From an archaeon (GTDB lineage: Archaea; Iainarchaeota; Iainarchaeia; Iainarchaeales; 1-14-0-10-31-34), in contig JAJRVL010000001.1 in the NCBI GenBank assembly GCA_024277355.1, positions 90,001 to 122,000 of the forward strand: a DNA stretch of 32,000 bases, read 5' to 3'. Made by a program: the position numbers and the translations under genes. Below are positions 27,108 to 32,000 of the stretch, piece after piece. The notes under the pieces were generated by a model. That model saw nothing but the letters and a program-made list of their open reading frames with translations. It was not told where the DNA came from and did not search any database. Position 1 is the stretch's first letter; each line of letters opens with the position of its first letter.

Positions 27108-30100
27108 TTGGGATTAAAAGACATTTATTATTCAATAGAAGACAAATATTATTCTTTAATTGAAAAAACTCCTTTAACAAAAATAACTGATAAAATTGAT
27201 TCTATTGTTCCTTCTTTTGCAGTATTAATTGCATTAATTATTTTAATTTCAGGTTTTTTAGTTTTGCCTTTTTTTGGCGGAGAAGAATATTCTTTTACTG
27301 TAACAATCAAAGATGAACAGGGAAAAAAACTTGAAGGAATAAAAGTAAATGTTTTTATCGGAGAAGAAAAACAAGTTTTAACAACAGATTCTGAAGGAAA
27401 AATTTCATTAAAAGCAAAAAAAGATTTAAAAATAAAAATAGAAATAGACAACAAAAAATATGAATTTATAGAAAAACAATTTAATTTAACTGAAAATGAA
27501 TTAAGTTTTGAAGTTGAATTAAAGAAAATTGAGGCAGAACCCGCAGAAGCTAATTTGAAGTTTACAGACAAAAGCGGAAAATATATTACAGGAAAAGAAA
27601 TAACAGTAAACTTAAGCTGCAGTAATTCTTCTATTAAACCTTCTCCTTCAACAGTAAAAGATTCAGATAAAGACGGGGAAATAAAAATTAATATTCCTAA
27701 AGGATGCGGAAAATTAGTTATTAATTCAGTTGAAGTTGAAGGATATGAAAACTGGTTTGGAACAATTAATTCAGCAGTAGAAACAATAAAATTAAATGCA
27801 ATATTTTTAGGACAGGCATTAGGAGATTTAAAAGTAATCGTGGAAAATTCAAACGGAGAATTATTAGATGACATTAAAGTAAGTTTAATGAAAGGGAACT
27901 CAAAAATAGATCAAAAGTATACAGTTGACGGAACCGCAGAATTTACCGGAATTGAAATTGGATTTTATGACTTAAAATTAGAAGACGAAAAAAATGGGTT
28001 TGAACCAAAAAGAGTTTATTCAGTTGAAATAGAAAACGAAAAAATAAATGAAAGAACAGTTGAAATGCAGCCAACAAAAAAAGGCACACTAAAAATAAAT
28101 ATATTAGATAAAGAAACTAATTCAAAAATAAAAAATTCTGAAGTAATAATAGAAAATGAATTAGGAGAAATAATAGGGGAAAGAAACACAGGAGAAACAG
28201 GAAATACAATTGAATTTGGATTATATTCCACTGAAAAACTAATTATTAAAGCAAGAGCAGAAAAATATTTGCCTGAAAAAACTGAAATTAACCCTGAAAC
28301 CCAAAAAGAAGTTGAAATTAAATTAGAAAAAATTACTGCAGAAAACAGCGGTAAATTAAAAATAATTTTAGTTGATGAAGACAAAAAAAACATTGCTAAT
28401 GCAAGAGTAATGCTAAAAGATGAAGACGGCAGTCTGCTTACTGAGTATCCTGAAAAGTTTTCTGATGCAGAAGGAATAGTTGAATACACAGGAATAAAAA
28501 AAGGAATTTATTTTGCTTATGCAGAAAAATATCCTGCTTCTGGACTTTCAGACTCATTTGAAATAAAATTAACAGAAAAAACTGAAATTGAATTAAAATT
28601 AATCATAGGAACAGCAAAAATTGAACTGCAAACAATAACAAAAGACGGAGAATTCATTCCAAATACAAGAGTTAAAGTAAAAAGCATTGATGAAGAAAAA
28701 ACTTATACTTTAAATTCAGAAGGAAAAACTACTTTAGAAATAAAAGCAGATAAAAGAGTTTTTTTTGAATTCTTTGATTCAAAAAATGTTTATTCAAAAT
28801 ACACTACAAAAGAATATCAGTTACTTCCAAAGAATTATTTTATTACTGCAACAATGCCTGAACAAAATTTAGGAGAAAATTTATGGATTGAATTAAAAGG
28901 CGTTTATTTAAATGACACAAAACAAACTATTCTGGCAGGAGGAAAAAAATACAAAGCAGTATTAGAATTATTTGTTCCAGAAAACGAATCATATGAAGAA
29001 GCAGGAATTCATTTCAGGACAGGAGAAGATGAAAACCCATTTATAGAAAATGATTTAGTTTGGATAGAAAAAATTAATGTTTCAAACGCTTCAAAAATAA
29101 AAGGAACAACATGGAACCCGAAAAAAGGGCAGCAAACTGATTTTGATTCAGATAATTCAGCTTCAAGCAATGCAAAAGCAAAATGGACAAATATTTTATG
29201 GAACAATGTTGAACCAGGAGTATATGAAGCAGAAATAGAACTAAGAATACGAGAAGGAACAGGAGATAAAGAAAAAGTAAGTTTAAGTTTTAGGGCATGG
29301 GGAAAAGGAAGAAACTATTATTACTTTCCGGCAGACAATGAATTAGGTTCAAGTTCTTCCACTACAACAAAACAAGGATTATATGCTGAAACATTCCAGA
29401 AAGAATTTAACACAGAAGAAGAAGTTCCTGTTTGCATGGAAAACAATTTATGTTTGTCAAAACAAAGATTAGAAGATAAAACAAAAGAACCATTTATCAT
29501 ACAAAAAAAACTTCCGTTTGAAGCAGGAGCAAACGGAAACTATGAATATAGTTTTAAAATAGTGAATAATTCTCAGTCAATTTATGATGAACCTGAATTA
29601 TGGATTGAATTAATTGATGCAACAGGAAATTTAACTGAAGAAGCAGAAATAAGTTATTATGAAATTAAAACTTCAGAAGGAAATTCAAAAACAAAAGAAG
29701 TTAATTCAAATGAAACACAAGGAATTTCTTTAGGTTTATATGGAAGGCAGTCAGTAATTGAAGGAATTATTGGAATAAAAACAAAAAATACAGGAAATAC
29801 TTTTGTTAACTTAAAAATATTTGAAAAAGTAAACAATGGGTCAAATAAAATTTTTGACAATGAAAAGAAAACAGAAATAAAAATTAAATCAGGAAAAGCA
29901 TTAGAAATAGAATTAATGCCTGAATTAATTCCTGCTTTTGCTGAAACTCCTGCAACAATAATAATAAAAGATTTAGATGGAATTGAAGTAGAACAAGCAA
30001 GAGTAAAATTAAATGTAATAGAAGAAGGAAACAGAAAAATAACTATTGAAGAAAAACAAACAAACAGGTTTGGTGAAACAGAATTTTTAATCCCAGTATT

Positions 30101-31999
30101 AGAACCAAACACTAAAATTGAATTTATTGCAGAAAAATTTGAATTTGAAACAGCAGTAAAACAAGTAATTTTATCAGAAAACGTTTTTGTTGTTGAACCT
30201 GAAACAATAAATGAAACTTTAAGCCAGAGAAATAACCCTGAAATAACAAAAGAAATTACAATAAAAAATTTACTTGAAACAGACTTAAAAATAGAAAAAA
30301 TAGAATTAATTAATGAAACAGGCTATTTTGAAGAGTTTATTGAAATGGGTTTAATAAATGCAGTATTTGATTCATTTAATGGTACAATAATTAATTCTTA
30401 TCCACAGGAATTTAATGGACAATTATTTAAAGTAAAATTACAGTCAGGTTTACCTGAAGGTTATACTAGTTCCGCTAAAGGAATAATGACAATAAAATTA
30501 AAGAATGAAAGATTTAATGCAAGTTATTCAAAAGACATTAAAGTAGAATTAAATTTAGGGCAAGGCCAAGCAATAAATAATGCTTCTTGTCTGGAAATAG
30601 AAAACGGAGAAGCAATTTTTTCAAGGCAGACAACTTCTAATCCTGTTCAATTATCTTATAAAATAGTAAATAATTGTATTGATGATTCCGGAGCAGGAAT
30701 TAAAGTAAGAAATTTAAAAGCAAAAATTGAATGGACAGACAAAAAAGGAACTGTTTCATTGCAGATGAAAGGAAGAACAGCAGACTTAAAGACAACTTTA
30801 TTCACTGACTTTTCTTCAGTTGTAAATGAAAGAGAAGAAATGCTTGTTTTGCTTACTTATACTCCTGATGCAGAATTAACCGGAGAAGAAGGACAAACCG
30901 AATTTAACGTAATAATTGAAGCAGAAATAAATACTTCTTCAGGAATACAAATAATTAGAACTAATCCGCCTTTAATTAAAGGAACAATTGGAAATGTTGA
31001 ATTACTTGAATGCATTGTATTTGACCCTAAACCAAAAATTGGAACAATAATTGAATCTGGAAGCGAAGAAGCAAACTTTTCAATAACAAACAACTGTGGA
31101 ATGGAAATAGAATTAAGGTTTTGTAAAGGAGACACAAGATGCACTGGGGGAACTGAAGGAGGAATAATAGTTAAACCAGATACAATAGTTTCTTCATTAA
31201 AGATTGGAACAGGAAATAATAATGCAGAACAAGTAACAGTCAAAAGAACAAGTATTCCTGGAATTTATGGAATAACAATTGAAGCAAAAAATGCAGGGGA
31301 AGCATGGAGAGAAATTTCAGTTTATGATGTTTTAGTTAAACCTAATGCAGGACATTATTTTAGTTTAGGAGATTATACAATTAAAGTCCCTGAAAAAAAT
31401 AATCCGGATATAATTGAATTATATAATAACAGATTATTCACTAATGTTGATGTTGATGCAAGTGATTGTGTATGGGAAACAGCACAAGAAAAAAGTTTTG
31501 GAAGAAGCCTGCTTGAATTTGGCGGTTTAGCTTCAGGAGGAGCAGGCACTGCATTGCTTGTCATGATGGCTTATAGCGGTCCTGCAGGATGGCTTACTGC
31601 AGGAATAGGCGCAGTAATTGGATTGGTTGTTTGTTTATTTGCCTGTTCTGACCCATGCGATGAAAGAACAACTGACACTTTACAGGATTACTTAATTAAT
31701 TTAAGCGGAACAGGCGTTATTATGTCTAAAAGAAATTCTCCAAATCTTGCCGGAATTGAATTAACAATTAATGGAATTTCTACTGGTTACAGTTCTGAAG
31801 CAGCAATATTAGATTATACAAATGGCCCTCCAGGAAAAGAAACTCTTCCATTGACTTTTACTAAAATAACAGATTCATATAATAACATTAAGCCGACTTA
31901 TGGAATTTTAACAATTAATGCAACAGAACATAATCAATTAACAGAATTAAATGTTCCAGAAAATAATGATGACAGAGCAGGAGATTTAGTGCTTTATGG
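27108..31999 (+). CDS. Giant surface-anchored protein 4, truncated by window end (>1630 aa); missing from the supplied ORF track
   Basis: TTG at 27108-27110 preceded by Shine-Dalgarno-like aaagaaggg gives MGLKDIYYSIEDKYYSLIEKTPLTKITDKIDSIVPSFAVLIALIILISGFLVLPFFGGEE. The reading frame was spot-checked at 28920, 31500 and 31995. The last sequence line contains 19 bases, so the sequence as printed ends at 31999. Confidence 0.9.
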   Translation, partial: MGLKDIYYSIEDKYYSLIEKTPLTKITDKIDSIVPSFAVLIALIILISGFLVLPFFGGEEYSFTVTIKDEQGKKLEGIKVNVFIGEEKQVLTTDSEGKISLKAKKDLKIKIEIDNKKYEFIEKQFNLTENELSFEVELKKIEAEPAEANLKFTDKSGKYITGKEITVNLSCSNSSIKPSPSTVKDSDKDGEIKINIPKGCGKLVINSVEVEGYENWFGTINSAVETIKLNAIFLGQALGDLKVIVENSNGELLDDIKVSLMKGNSKIDQKYTVDGTAEFTGIEIGFYDLKLEDEKNGFEPKRVYSVEIENEKINERTVEMQPTKKGTLKINILDKETNSKIKNSEVIIENELGEIIGERNTGETGNTIEFGLYSTEKLIIKARAEKYLPEKTEINPETQKEVEIKLEKITAENSGKLKIILVDEDKKNIANARVMLKDEDGSLLTEYPEKFSDAEGIVEYTGIKKGIYFAYAEKYPASGLSDSFEIKLTEKTEIELKLIIGTAKIELQTITKDGEFIPNTRVKVKSIDEEKTYTLNSEGKTTLEIKADKRVFFEFFDSKNVYSKYTTKEYQLLPKNYFITATMPEQNLGENLWIELKGVYLNDTKQTILAGGKKYKAVLELFVPENESYEEAGIHFRTGEDENPFIENDLVWIEKINVSNASKIKGTTWNPKKGQQTDFDSDNSASSNAKAKWTNILWNNVEPGVYEAEIELRIREGTGDKEKVSLSFRAWGKGRNYYYFPADNELGSSSSTTTKQGLYAETFQKEFNTEEEVPVCMENNLCLSKQRLEDKTKEPFIIQKKLPFEAGANGNYEYSFKIVNNSQSIYDEPELWIELIDATGNLTEEAEISYYEIKTSEGNSKTKEVNSNETQGISLGLYGRQSVIEGIIGIKTKNTGNTFVNLKIFEKVNNGSNKIFDNEKKTEIKIKSGKALEIELMPELIPAFAETPATIIIKDLDGIEVEQARVKLNVIEEGNRKITIEEKQTNRFGETEFLIPVLEPNTKIEFIAEKFEFETAVKQVILSENVFVVEPETINETLSQRNNPEITKEITIKNLLETDLKIEKIELINETGYFEEFIEMGLINAVFDSFNGTIINSYPQEFNGQLFKVKLQSGLPEGYTSSAKGIMTIKLKNERFNASYSKDIKVELNLGQGQAINNASCLEIENGEAIFSRQTTSNPVQLSYKIVNNCIDDSGAGIKVRNLKAKIEWTDKKGTVSLQMKGRTADLKTTLFTDFSSVVNEREEMLVLLTYTPDAELTGEEGQTEFNVIIEAEINTSSGIQIIRTNPPLIKGTIGNVELLECIVFDPKPKIGTIIESGSEEANFSITNNCGMEIELRFCKGDTRCTGGTEGGIIVKPDTIVSSLKIGTGNNNAEQVTVKRTSIPGIYGITIEAKNAGEAWREISVYDVLVKPNAGHYFSLGDYTIKVPEKNNPDIIELYNNRLFTNVDVDASDCVWETAQEKSFGRSLLEFGGLASGGAGTALLVMMAYSGPAGWLTAGIGAVIGLVVCLFACSDPCDERTTDTLQDYLINLSGTGVIMSKRNSPNLAGIELTINGISTGYSSEAAILDYTNGPPGKETLPLTFTKITDSYNNIKPTYGILTINATEHNQLTELNVPENNDDRAGDLVLY

Positions 32000-32000
32000 T

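Noticed and set aside
27149-31564. Series of minus-strand ORFs (241, 157, 151, 128 aa etc.) at the right end
   Set aside because: They lie antisense to the continuous giant-4 frame, have hydrophobic/low-complexity Ser-Phe-Leu-rich translations typical of the reverse complement of Lys/Glu/Ile-rich genes, and show no recognisable family motifs.
1-31999. CRISPR array, tRNA or rRNA genes, transposase or integrase
   Set aside because: No regularly spaced short repeats, cloverleaf-like segments or recognisable DDE/tyrosine/serine recombinase motifs were seen. The 101-bp repeat pair is a gene-duplication product, not a CRISPR or clear inverted terminal repeat.
3536-31999. General reassignment of TAA to a sense codon
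   Set aside because: TAA ends giant 2 (20450) and giant 3 (27024), with further stops a few codons later, and also ends both putative extensions. Only context-dependent readthrough, mutation or error remains plausible.

Overview
AT-rich window that looks archaeal (DPANN-like by gene content; this is inference). At the left edge is the minus-strand N-terminus of a probable archaeal type II/IV secretion (pilus-type) ATPase; it is absent from the ORF track because it is truncated. Next come two paralogous multi-HTH proteins flanking a small archaeosortase/exosortase-family membrane protein with Cys72/Arg114/His134. The rest of the window (about 28 kb) is almost entirely plus-strand coding. It holds four paralogous giant surface-type proteins (2404, 2443, ~2184 and >1630 aa) with a shared cytoplasmic N-terminal peptide, one TM anchor, many CarboxypepD_reg/CnaB-like beta modules and a recurring paired-cysteine bead. 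A 567-aa pseudopilin-like protein sits between giants 1 and 2. The fourth giant starts at a TTG at 27108 and runs off the window end; the track does not list it. The most unusual signal is that three of these surface genes contain an in-frame TAA followed by uninterrupted, coding-like sequence in the same frame (10748-10750, 12662-12664, 22543-22545). One of them is supported by paralog alignment across the stop. No CRISPR array, tRNA or rRNA was recognised. All long minus-strand ORFs under the giant genes look like antisense artefacts.
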